From positions 44,177 through 108,176 of the forward strand of contig JAQGDQ010000717.1 in the NCBI GenBank assembly GCA_030141605.1: a stretch of DNA of 64,000 nt. Reading direction: 5' to 3'. Shown one piece after another: positions 25,801-37,493 of this stretch; positions within the stretch are counted from its first letter, which is position 1; every line of letters begins with the position of its first letter. Under the pieces are notes generated by a model that made no database searches, was not told the DNA's origin, and saw only the letters and a list, made by a program, of their open reading frames with translations. Made by a program: the position numbers and the translations under genes. The stretch comes from Tubiluchus corallicola. Taxonomy: Eukaryota; Animalia; Priapulida.

Positions 25801-26750
25801 GTCGTTATTTTATTTCTTGGCAATACGCGAACATCGTACATAGTCCTCATTTACAACGCAAAGCCAGTAGCAGCTTTTACTGAATTAAAGTTATAGGCAG
25901 AGTATAATGGATAACGTCAGAACAATGGCATTGCGTCAGCAGTTTTCCAAGCGAAAATTGTCGAAAATAGAACATCTAATTAACTCGTCGATACTCCTTT
26001 TGGTGAACGTGTCCTAAAATATAGCCCACACCATCGTTTAGCCCTTTTCTTCCTCTTTCTAAAAAGCCGTATATCTCATTCCGAGAGTCCCACCAGGCGC
26101 CGCCAGAGCGTTGTTTCTGCAGGTTGTTTGACCAAAACTTTTCTAAGAAATCGCGAGTTGGGTCCGGGAAAACCCCCGTTACGGGACGCCGTGGCCTTCT
26201 CGCAAATTCTAAATACACCTATGACACTCAGCGCTGAACGGGCTATCTATCCATAGGCGGCACCCATGGCCCGTTCCCGTTCTTCAGATGTCAGACGTAT
26301 AACTTTTGCAAAAAACGGCCGAAAAATGGCCATTTTTGGAGGGAGAGAGAGAGAGAGATTATTATTATAAATCTTTTATTAACCTCTTTTTGCAGGTATA
26401 CAATGAATCATTTCAATCTAATACATCCAAGGAAATACAATTATACATTATGACAAAGGTAACAAAGTACAATTAGATCCAAAAACCAGTCACACAAAAA
26501 GACATTATGAATAATTCTAGACAATGGTAAAAACAAGTTGACACACAATACTCAGATGTTGTTTGTACATATAATACAAGAAAACTGATTACACAATATA
26601 TAACATTCACGTACAAACTAAATAAATAATCACAATTAGAAATAGTAACAACTATGGTTCAGAAAGTTAAACTATAACAAAATATATAAATTTATTTATC
26701 TTACTGTTTTTTCTCACTATATATTCTCAGCTAACACGAAGTAATAAAAA

Positions 26751-29700
26751 CTACATTAGATTTTTGTAAATAATATCTTTCACCACTTGTATAAATTTAT
26801 CACAAACTAATGCGTTTCTTTTCAAGTAAATATCTCTTAATTCCCGGTTGGGCAGAACATCGATAAGATTTTTTCTGGCTTCTTGATCAACTAAACTACA
26901 ATTAAAGAGTAGATGGTCAGAAGTTTGTGCTTCCCCCCTTTGACATGTGCATTCATTTGTGGCTGCTTCCCCAATACTGTGTAAAAAAGACCGTGTTCCT
27001 CTTTTCAATAACAAGTTTAGTGCTTTGGTTTCAACGCACCTCTGCTTACTGTTTAATGGTAAACTTAGTGGCTTTAGTTCTGGGGTTGTGATATTAGTGG
27101 CTATGCCATCTAGTTGGTTCCTATGTTGTATTCTACGCCTCCATTGCGAGCTTTGAAATTTGATAGACTCTTGTGTGGTGTAGCGTAAACTAATATACTC
27201 CAGGTTACCGAGATTTTCGGTTCTCATATTAAGCCCTTTGCATATTTTTAAAAAAGTTTTTGCCGTTGCCAAATGGGTTTTTACAGGGTTATTATCTGTT
27301 CGACGATTTAAAGGCAATGCTTTACAAATAAGTATTTCTTGCTTAAGTAAATCCTCATTAGTACAGCTCAAAGTTTTTAATATGAGTTTACTGACTATGC
27401 ACGAAAAAACTATATCTACTGGAGGCATTCCACAAATACATTCATTATCAGACTTCCTGGGATTGTACCCCACCCCCGCCGCAGCTTTCATTACGTCATA
27501 CCATAAATCATCACAATCAGCGAGTTTTCTGTTCATCCAGCTCGGCGCACCATAAAATATACCGTAAAACGGGGTGAGTTCGCCACTTTTTAGGGGTATT
27601 TTTTACGTTTCCTGCCATAGCAAGAGAATTGCCCAACCGATTTTCTTAGTTCAAGCTTTATATTGCCTTTCGATTGAAACACTATCGTGGGGTGAAGTCG
27701 CCACTAACAATTTAACACTGTTTAATGCCATTCTGGGCAGCCTAAGTTAACTGGTTGTGGTTGTTTGCTTGGGGGTGAGTTCGCCACCCTATGAAAAATT
27801 ATGAAAAATGTCTAGTTTTAGCCGAATTATTGAAAATGTTCGATGGTGGGACGTTTTCAATAAGGGGCCCTATGTTGGCAAGGAAGGCTTGAACGTCTTG
27901 TGCACTGATCTTATCGCGGGCGCCCTTGATGTTGCCAGCCACTCTGAAAACCAGATTGTTCCTTCGGGCGAATGATTTGACAAAGTCTATTCCACGGGTG
28001 TTTGCCTTGAATCGTCGTTCCTGGATTCCCTTCACGTCGAGAACACTCTTAATCAGTAGTCGGAGATCGGTGGCAGTCATTGGGAACCCCCACTCAGCGG
28101 CCACTTGGAGTGTTGGCGATTTCGTGCTCCTCGGCGGCGGAGAACACTGGCTGACCTGCGGGCTTCCGTGGATGACTTCCTGAGAGTTTGTCAGAAAGGG
28201 TCTTTCTTGGAAATTGCCTCGCCGCTGCGCTGATTGTCCTGTTGGTATTCTTGGCGGCAGGTAGGGTAGCTTCCAGAGCTTCTGGGGTATAATTTTGGTA
28301 TCTATGACCCGGTACAGGGGTGCAGGTGAGTGGCATGTTAAGTAGCAAGAAATAGTAGACAAATAATATGTAGCGCAGAATGGAATACTTCTAGTGCGAA
28401 TTGAAAGAATATAACTGTCGCAAACTGTTTACAATAACTGTGATCATGATATCGTTTCATTAAACACTGAACAATAGTTACAGCAAACCTACAATGGCCA
28501 TTACGTAGGGGGTGGCGAACTCACCCTCGGGTGGCGAACTCACCCCGTTTTACGGTACTTGGCATCACAACAGATTGGAATAATCTAATAATGGTTGTCA
28601 TTCTTAAACCTTTATTTTTATAAATTACGTTCTTGAGTTTAGCCCATTTCTTCCAAGCACTTTGCCTGGTTCTAGAGGTATGGCTATTAAAATTCATATG
28701 TTTATCGACAGTAACTCCAAGCACTTTCGTTTTGTTAACATAATTAATCACTTTGTTACCAAAACGTAATTTTGGCAATCGAGGATTTTGATCATTTTCA
28801 AAAACAATAGCTTCTGTTTTGTTTAAATTACAGTTCAACATTTGCCTCCATTTAGAACACCAGGCATGAAGTTTATCACATGACAACTGAGCCAATTCGT
28901 AGCATTCATTATTTTCGTTTGCGTACAAATAAACTGTGCCGTCATTAGTAAATTTAAACTTCAAATGTATCTGTTTTGGTCAATTTCACTAAACATATCT
29001 GACACATACAGGATAAACAATAGTGGTGACAGGACAGATACCTGCAGTACACCTATGTGACACAACATTTCTTCTGACAAATAATTTTCTATTCGTATTT
29101 TAACACGCCTGTTTTTCAGAAACGAACAAATCAATTTCAAAAGCCTGCCTGCTACTCCTGCTTGGGCTAACTTAAATATTAAACCATTAACCCAAATGCT
29201 ATCGAAGGCATTTGTGAAGTCACAGAAGACTGCAATTCCAGGACAGTTTGAAGCCTGTTTCTTTCAATAGCGGAAACTAATCTAAGCAGATAGTGATTTG
29301 TGCTACGCAAGGGTTGAAATCCTTTCTGCTCTTGATCTATAATGTTATTGTCATTTAACCAGGTTCTCAATCTGATCTCTATGAGTTTTTCTACTATTTT
29401 GCCATAATAGGACGCAATCGTAATTGGCCTATAGTTTGATGGGTCACTGTAATCGTTTTTTCCATCTTTACGGAAGAATATTACTTTTGCACTGTTCCAT
29501 GGCCATTTACCTGTTTTTAAACACACATTAGCTAGATTTAATAATAAACTCTTCCCCCAGAAACCCATGTGTTTCAACATGAGTGGGTGACATCCATCAC
29601 AGTCAATGCTTTTATTGGAAACCTTCATGTTTTCTATCGCAACAGTGAGTTCAACCATTGTAAAATTTTCGTTAAACCAATGATTAGTTTCTTGATTTAA

Positions 29701-31067
29701 ATGAATTCCTTCCGCTACTTCATTTTCTACATGTTCAAACCAAGCATGATCAAAAGCATTATTGTCTAAATGACTACCATTGAAAAATGTTTCATCCAAT
29801 ATCCTACTTTTATCGTTTTCCTTTGTATAATAAACATCATTTACCTTTAAAATATCTACACCATTTTCACTGCTTTCTCCAAACACTTTCCGATAAGTTT
29901 TCCAAAAGTCATTTCCTCTCTGTACATTTAAATCTGCAGTATTTTGAATAACCCAGTTATTTAGCTCCTCTGACAGTTTGTTTTGAAATTGTTCTTTTTT
30001 ACTCTGGTAGGCATTTAGGTTTATGTAATTAGAATGCTGTTTGTAGGCTCTTTTTAGTTCTCGTAATTCGCTGGAAAGCACTGACAACTGAGGTGTCCAG
30101 AAGGGTTTACTGTGTGCCGAAATCGTTTCCGTTCACAGGGCTTCATTGTTGGCTTCCTGAATAGCGTTTAAAAATAACGCCCACACGTTATTGGCATTTC
30201 CGTTTTGTAGCTCCGTTGTGACTGTCGGATAAAGTGCTCTCATTTTCTCTTCCAAAACAGGCGACCAGTCCGTCCAGTTGCTTCGCTTGAAGTCATATCT
30301 CGTACGTCGGTTGTTTAGCCTGCTCCGATTTACCTTAAACTCTGTTATACCCCATTGTGGGGGCCTCGGTAAAAAATTCCGCATCTTTGTTCACTGTTTG
30401 AGATAGAACCTTTGCTGCTGTAAAGTTATTTGCTATAATAACATCTATAATGCTTTTGCCAGTTATAGAACTGAACGTCTCAGTGTTGGGAGCAAGTATT
30501 GTTAAGTCCAAGTTTATATCAGCTAGTCAATCTTCTATTAACCGCCCATGTTCATTTGAATTTACATCCCATTGATAACTGCGAGCATTAAGATCACCAA
30601 TGGACATTAAGTTACGTATTCCATGAGTATTAGCAAACCTTTGGGCGTCTCTAACATTTTTTACATATTTTTGTATCAGTTGTATACAACTTTTACATAT
30701 TTTTGTATACTTTTGAGTTTGGTGTCACATATATTGAATTCAATAAATATTTTTCCCCATATGCTTGCATTATTATCCACACTGAATCCAGTTCCGAGAG
30801 TTCAAGCTCTCGTACTCGACAGCAAGTAATGCTTTTTCTAATTAGCACAGCGCATCCACCCGAGTATCCTCTAGAAGCTTTCGCAAAACTATTATAATTT
30901 GTTAAAGATTTTTCACCCAAATCTTTTTCAATTACTTTAGTTTCTTTTATAGCAATTACATCACAGCTATTCTCGTTTACACACTTAACAATCGCCATTT
31001 TGGACCCACAGGAAAATTTATTAATATTAATCTGGCAAACTTTTAAACGTCTGATTGAACTAGCCAT
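26751..31067 (-). pseudogene. LINE ORF2 (APE, RT, C-terminal CCHC), frameshifted and interrupted by a DNA transposon
   Basis: VCQININ, DVIAIKET, GGCAVLI, GDLNAR, PSNYRPITIAS, EQKGF, degenerate FTND in place of F/YADD, KVLGVTVD, and CTCQRGEAQTSDHLLFNC. Confidence 0.9.
27562..28555 (-). mobile_element. Internally deleted pogo/Tigger/Fot1-like (Tc1/mariner superfamily) DNA transposon, 994 bp
   Basis: Perfect 25-bp TIRs CCGTAAAACGGGGTGAGTTCGCCAC, TA duplication at 27560-61 and 28556-57, and subterminal GGGTGAGTTCGCCAC repeats. Coding remnant gives HTH-psq (ISAAARQF..PRKTLSD) and CENP-B HTH (WGFPMT..DLR...FARRN), ending at NIFN just before the DDE domain. Confidence 0.93.
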
Positions 31068-32295
31068 CTTGATTGTACTCCTCATCGTATCCATTTAACT
31101 GGTCTTCCTGTTGTTTGTAAATTGGGCAATCACGAGACCAAGCTTGGTGTTTGCTCTTACAATTTTTACACTTCATTCTGTCTGTCTGACATGCATTCGA
31201 ACTGTGATTCATTGCACACTTTCCGCATACAGTTTTACGGTCGCACCATTTAGCCACATGACCAAAAGAGTAACAGTTATAACATAATAATGGCCGTTTT
31301 TTGAAGATGAATTTCTCAACATTACAGTATATATTCCCCACTGGTATGCCTTCTCTGATTGCTAATTCCAGATCTTTATCTGAAGGAAAACTGACTTTGA
31401 CTAATGGTAATGGGGCTTTGTCTTTGCGCTTAAACCGTTCTACTTTGGCATCTGGAAATCTTGCGTTAATTTCTTCTTCTACCTCCCCATCAGACAAAGC
31501 TGTGTCACAGTCTTTCAGGATTCCCACGGCATATAATTTCGGTTTTCTTGCCACTGTGCCTTTGCCTAAGAAGTTAGCTTGCCAACCACCTACTATTGCA
31601 TTAGCATCATCTTCACTCTTAAGCTGAAGCTGTATCTTTCCTCTCGCTGTTTTATATGCCGTGTCAAATGTAACTCTATTAAATACTTCACTTATATGTT
31701 TCTTAATGCTCATACTATTTTTCACAATTTCTTTCTCAGTGACATTCTCAATAATCACAGTGCCCTAGGGTTTATAATGCACATCTGTCATTGCACTTTC
31801 AGGTTTGCGGCTATTTCTGTTTGTGGATTTTCCCTCACTAGCAGTTGTAGCCACGACGGCTGGTTGCCTCTTTTTTGTGCTTTCCCTTACCACTGAGCTA
31901 TAAGACGCTTTTTGTGTGTCTGACATTCTCGTTAAATTGTTTCGTATTTTTCCTAATTCCAAGTCCATTTTAGACAGTTTGTCCAGTACAGACTTTTGCA
32001 CTACATATTCTTGATTTTCTAGTTACCAATCTAATATATGACGTAACTTTGCTTGATATTCTTCCTGTTCGACTAATTCTGTTATTTGCGTTTTTAGGTT
32101 GTCGATGTCGCCCCAACAGCGCTGGTTACTTTGAGTTAAGGAAACAGAATTTGCTCTTTCTCTGCTTGTTCCTGGCCGTATGTCCGTTGAATTGTTTTTA
32201 TCGTAGCATGCTTCACATATTACAATTGGTACTAGCTTCCTACTAACTGGCTTTTTCGCATTTCTACATAGAGCTCAGCTTTTCCTTTCACCCAT
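31060..32295 (-). pseudogene. LINE ORF1, gag-like nucleic-acid-binding protein with three CCHC knuckles
   Basis: CYNCYSFGHVAKWC, CGKCAMNHSSNAC and CKNCKSKHQAWSRDC. Upstream coiled-coil part is broken by stops. Probable ATG at 32295. Confidence 0.88.
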
Positions 32296-32614
32296 TGTAG
32301 GACCAGTTTGCGTTGCTATCTACCTGAATGTTTTTGTTGACAGGTGAATAGACCAATTAAGGTCTAATCAATGACACAATAGCCTCAACAAGGTACGGTG
32401 ACCATGAATTGTCGATTTGCAATAGAACTTGAAGAATTTCAACAATTTTTCACTTTTAGTATCTAAATCCAACTGTATAACTGCAAATGTTTATTACCTT
32501 CGTCTTCTGTAGATATTTACACACAAAATGGTATCACTTTTATCATGTTAAACATAAAATTACTTTATAAAATTAGCAAAATCTGCAGAGCTTGTTAACA
32601 ACACAAGACAGAGT

Positions 32615-32615
<1 letters not shown>

Positions 32616-32695
<80 letters not shown>

Positions 32696-33400
32696 TCCAG
32701 TGTCCTTGAGCACAACAGGGTTGGGGCAATGACATTTAAGGATGAACACAAAGATTGTTCTCACTGCTTGGATTCTATAACTTGAAAAATGCATTTATCC
32801 TCCAACGTATTAGTGGCAGAGAGAGAATATTTTCTTTTCCTTGCCGAGCAAATATTTTGCAACGCTAATTTTCTAAAGAACAGAAAGTTTGAGAGCACTC
32901 ATCCCCAGGGAAGAGCTAATACCTTTAACCTATTAGCGGCAGAGAGCGCTTATTTTTTCTAGCAGTGCAAATATTTTGCAAAGCTAGTTTCACAAAGAAC
33001 AGAAAGTTTGAGAGCCTTCACCCCCCAGGGACGAGCTAATACCGCAAAGCTTAGTGACAGAGAGCACTTGTTTCTACCTGGGTAAATATTCAGCATACCT
33101 AATTTTCTAAAGGACAAAAGGTTTGCGAGCGCTCACAGCGTGGGAAAAGCTAATCCGTCCAAAGAACTGTTTACCTTTGTGATGATTGTCATTACTTTCG
33201 CAAATAAGCCCCAAGTGGTTGAGCATCCAGAAAAGCTAATATTCTAAATAACAAAAAAAAACTTACAAGGACTCACCTGTGGAAAAGCAAATAAGAGTTC
33301 AGAATTATTTACCTTTGTGATGAGCGGCAAGACGTTATTACACTAATCCTTCATTTCAGGGTCTTTTTGAAAGGTAAGCGACCTGTATGGGACACAGAAA
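32616..33400 (+). repeat. (GA)n (32616-32692) plus copy 3 of the dispersed subrepeat family
   Basis: tccagtgtccttga...aatgacatttaaggatgaacacaaagattg and cccc.gggaagagctaat subunits, as at 56413. Confidence 0.88.
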
Positions 33401-33724
33401 GAAACAGTTTTACCTCGACTCTTCAGTCTCTTCCCTTTTATGTAATTTGAATGCCATGCAGACGTACAAGGCTCATTTTTATTTTACCATCATCATTATC
33501 ATTATATCCCACGGGAGCCAAATATCGCATTTAAGGAACCATACTATCACAGGACGTACTTTGTTGTTTACTCATGTTGCAAACAATTGTGTGCGTTTTT
33601 CGAGAAAATTTTCTAAACCTGAAAATTCTTACTTGGACGGGGGGGGACACCATAGCGTAAATAATGCATCTAAATTTGCTAAATTTTAATTTGCAATTTA
33701 CTAAAACATATCATACCAGGTACA

Positions 33725-33840
33725 TCATGTCAACGGTAGCAATGATTGCTCCCCCCGAGGTCGTGGGTTCAAGTCTCGACCGAGTCATACAAAAGACTTG
33801 AAAAATGGTACAGTTCGTTCTTTGACTAAGCGCGTGGGTA
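33725..33840 (+). mobile_element. Second tRNA-derived SINE head (same family as 24369)
   Basis: gtgggttcaagtctcgaccgagtcatacaaaagacttgaaaaatggta. Box B at 33766, box A eroded. Confidence 0.72.
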
Positions 33841-34559
33841 AATCGGGACCAGCATGGAAATACGTATTGAGTTACTTAAGATGTTATTCCTGGACTATGG
33901 ATATTTAGAAACGAAATTGTATATATTAATATCCGCGGTATATATATATATATATTTATGAGTTGGAGTTGGTTACAAAAACACGGTGAATAAACGGAGA
34001 TGCATTTGCTACATTACCTCATTTTTATTGCCAGTGAACACAAAATAACAAAAACAAAACATCGGGGCTGTTATCCTAAAGGCGGGAGAGCCAATATTAC
34101 CCTCTACGGGCATTTTCTCGGACCGAACCATCCACATTTTGCTGAAATCTGCTCGAACGGCCTCTAGAAAAACTCAATTTGTGCAACTGTTTGGGCATGT
34201 TGGAAAAAATAAGCAAGCTCGCAGAAAGAAGACGAAATGGCCCATAAAACATATTTATCATTGAAAAACAGAATAAGAGCATTTATTATAGCACACAGTT
34301 TTGACTTTGTGGAAAACTGTTTGGAATGGTTTTGTTGTGATGCTGTGCTGTTGGTGTTGGTGCTGCAGGTGTCGTCATCGTTGCCGCCATCATCATCATC
34401 ATCATCATCATCATCGTCATGATTACCATGTGAGGTGGCGGATTTGATGTGGCTTGGTGCGGGTGGTTTGGTGGGTGTGGTTTAGTGTGGTTTGGGTAGA
34501 GTTGTGTGGTATTGATGATGTGGTGTGTGTGGAGTTGGTGGAGTGGTGTGGGTGGTAAG

Positions 34560-35850
34560 TCCACGTTAGGTTTTAATTCTCTAGACCAATTAATTGATCT
34601 CCATAGTTCTTTTTCATTTCCGTTTCTCAGCAAGTATCCCCAATGAGAAGAACTGTACCATTGACGATCAGCGGTTGCATTACGTGCACGATTTTCTGAA
34701 GCTGACTGTATAAGCACTTTAAGGGAAGAATTAAAATTGTGGATTACTATGGTTGTTTGCAGCTATCAGAAACTCACGGGTTTCAGAAACAGAAGCTTGA
34801 AGTCGTGCACCAATACTAACTGGCGCGTGATCAGAGGTAAACTCAAATTATTTCAAGTGCTTAAGTAATCTATACGATCAATGTTTCTCAAGAAGCAAAA
34901 ACGTAGTCCAGTTCAGATATCCAGTTGTCAGTCTTTCTGTATGAAACAAACAGCCCCAAGATACTTTGGAACCAATACATAAATGATTCACTGGGATGAT
35001 CAAGGAACAAACTTATTGGTTTTTTACTCGCCTACCAAGAGAATTAACCTCGGCATCTGGACCATGGTTGTAAATAAACCACTTCATCAGTAGCGTAAAT
35101 AAAATTTAAACCAAACAATACGTCTTGTAGCCATTTGAACTTTACCCAGACTTGATCTTGAAATCAGTTATTTGAAAAGCTCAATTCACATTTTTGGTTC
35201 TGGTTTAGAAAACAAGCTGATACCTCCACGTGACACACGACCAACATTTGGAAGTCTACTGCCAATAAGCTTAAACCCAGGTATTAAACACATTGTAAGT
35301 AGTTTTCGTCTCTTTCTATCAAACCGTGTTTAAAAGGACAAGACAGCTGATTTTTCGCACTTGTCTCGTAACCCTTTGATGTTCTATTTCGAGATTATCA
35401 TGTGTGTTGTTAGTATAAATAGTAGACGGCCATCCATAATTTAAAAAACCTGTCGTTTACCGAATTTACATATTGCCACATTGCCTACATCACACTCGCA
35501 TTTTCTTTATAATCTAATTTTTATTTGACCTCCCCGATTTTCCGGTTTAATTCGTTCTGCTCGAACCACTTCCTTTAGTATCTGATTTAACTTGATCCCT
35601 TTGGAAGGCAAATCTCTTTTGATAAAGATTCTTTTAAGGTCATCGCCACTGTCCTTCAATTTGTTTGTATTGCGCAAAACTTCTTGACACTTTTCAGTCA
35701 AATTAAACTTCACCAACAAGGGGTGTGTGTAATCGCTGAATGTCGTTCCCAGTCTCAGTGATGCCACGTCGTCGATTCCTAATATGTCCCTGAAGATCGT
35801 AGAACATTTGTCATTGTCTGCCGCACGTCCTCTGAGCAAAGCCTCTAATC
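34560..35850 (-). pseudogene. Decayed CR1/L2-group LINE (ORF1 end, APE and linker fragments)
   Basis: ORF1-like LRLG...PLLVKF...EVLRNTNKLKDSGDDLKRIFIKRDLP. Linker WGYLLRNGNEKELWRSINW. SELDYV and SDHAP (APE end) on the minus strand. Confidence 0.72.
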
Positions 35851-36427
35851 AAGTTTTTCACAGTATAAGTTATCAATAATGTCTTGCTGGCCTCTAGCAA
35901 TTTGTGTAAGCTACCTACTCCATGTCTTGTTTTAAGTGTTAGCATTTACCAAGCAAAACAGTACAGCTTTGAAACAAGGAATTTAAACACCGACAGCGAG
36001 CAAGCAACGAATGAGAAAAACCGGTCATGTAAAATAGGACCCGCGTGATTAAATTTACACTAGCAGCCTCGGTCACAGTTTCAAATGTTATTAGAATTAG
36101 GTATTTTGGGTGCTGCTTTTGAGCGCAAGAATTATGACATTTTTGAGTGAGTTTATATTACGATTGTGTCTGAAATAATTCAACGAATTCGCGCAAGAGG
36201 GCGAAAATAGCTTCGTGCATGGAAAAACCGTTGACTGTCGCCTGCGTGATCTAAATATGTCTACTTTCAGCTAAAGGATACGTTTTTTCTAAATTGTTTA
36301 ATATGTGCTACTTAAACTGTACTTGAACTATCTTGTGAGTTTCTTAAACAGAGCAATTAAAATATTGCAGAAATTTTTCGTCAAATTACTTTTCTGTCGT
36401 CAATCAAAATGTCTAGTTGTCAACAGC

Positions 36428-37318
36428 ATGATTCGAGTTAACAAAAGACGCATTTTAAACGTACTTACTATTCCAACTGGTATTTGCACGCTTGTTATCA
36501 TAGTTGATTATTTACTTTCTTTAAACTTACTGTTCGTGAATAAGATAAAGGTTGGAAATCAATTTCCAATTAACAATGCAATTCAGAACATGAACAAAGA
36601 TTATTTTAAAGAAAAGGAAAAAACTTATGAGGAAAAAAGCTTCGAACACCTAAAAAAGACAGCGTTTTTTGATTCAGTTACTAAATCAAATCTTTCGTAC
36701 ACTAAAATAATTAACTTTGTTGAGCGAGATAGGCGATTTGCACGAGAAAAAACGGTAACTATAGCAACGCAAACATCTTGGCATTTTATGCGTCATTTGA
36801 TGGACTTGGCTGAGAGGTTTGATGGACCAATTTCAGCAGCTTTATATGCACCTGGTGATAGTTTTGATTTCATAATGAATAGAGTAAATCTGTATCGAAG
36901 ATGTCACCTAAAATTTGCGCATTTTGTCTCAATTTCTCTATTTTTTCCAACAAATGCACCTCCAATTAGTGGGAAAGAAGAAGAAGAGGTTCAATTAGTT
37001 TGTGGCAACATCTCCTTGCCACTATCCAACGGTCCCGACACATCGCATTACGGAACTTATCCAATAAATGTAGGGAGAAATGCAGCTCGATTAGCAGTTT
37101 ATACAGAATATATTTTACTCCTGGATGTGGAACTGAAACCTACTCCATCTTTGATGAGAAAGTTTGTTGACATGTTAAACAGAAAAACAACTCAACCTAC
37201 GCAGAACATTGTGTACGTCCTTCCAACTTTTGAAATTGCTGATGACCAAGACATACCTAGGAATAAACAGCAATTGCTAAAACTGCTAAAGCAACGAAAA
37301 GCAGTGTCATTTCACAAA
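36428..37318 (+). CDS. B4GAT1-like: Exon 1 of a GT49 beta-1,4-glucuronyltransferase 1 (B4GAT1)-like type II membrane glycosyltransferase
   Basis: ATG at 36428, basic tail plus hydrophobic anchor, VTIATQ, FDGPISAALY, YPINVGRNAAR, LLDVELKP (DxD-like), VYVLPTFE. Ends FHK|gtaagt (phase 0). Confidence 0.88.
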
Positions 37319-37412
37319 GTAAGTACGCCTGCCGTAATTTCTTACATAGTTGAACAAGATATTGTTTTGTTATTTCTTGGAAATTGTTATGAAAGATGCA
37401 TCTTTCACCAGA

Positions 37413-37413
<1 letters not shown>

Positions 37414-37488
<75 letters not shown>
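37414..37488. repeat. (CT)n microsatellite in intron 1
   Basis: Directly visible. Accounts for the SLSLSL tail of the unspliced ORF. Confidence 0.97.

Positions 37489-37493
<5 letters not shown>

Larger units (their letters stand above)
26359..32615 (-). mobile_element. Full-length decayed LINE (I/Jockey/R1 group: gag-like ORF1, APE-RT-CCHC ORF2, no RNase H seen), flanked by (GA)n on both sides
   Basis: 5' UTR starts at the (TC)n edge near 32615. ORF1 and ORF2 overlap. 3' end has AATAAA and a (TAA)n tail at 26359-26380, running into (TC)n. Confidence 0.88.
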
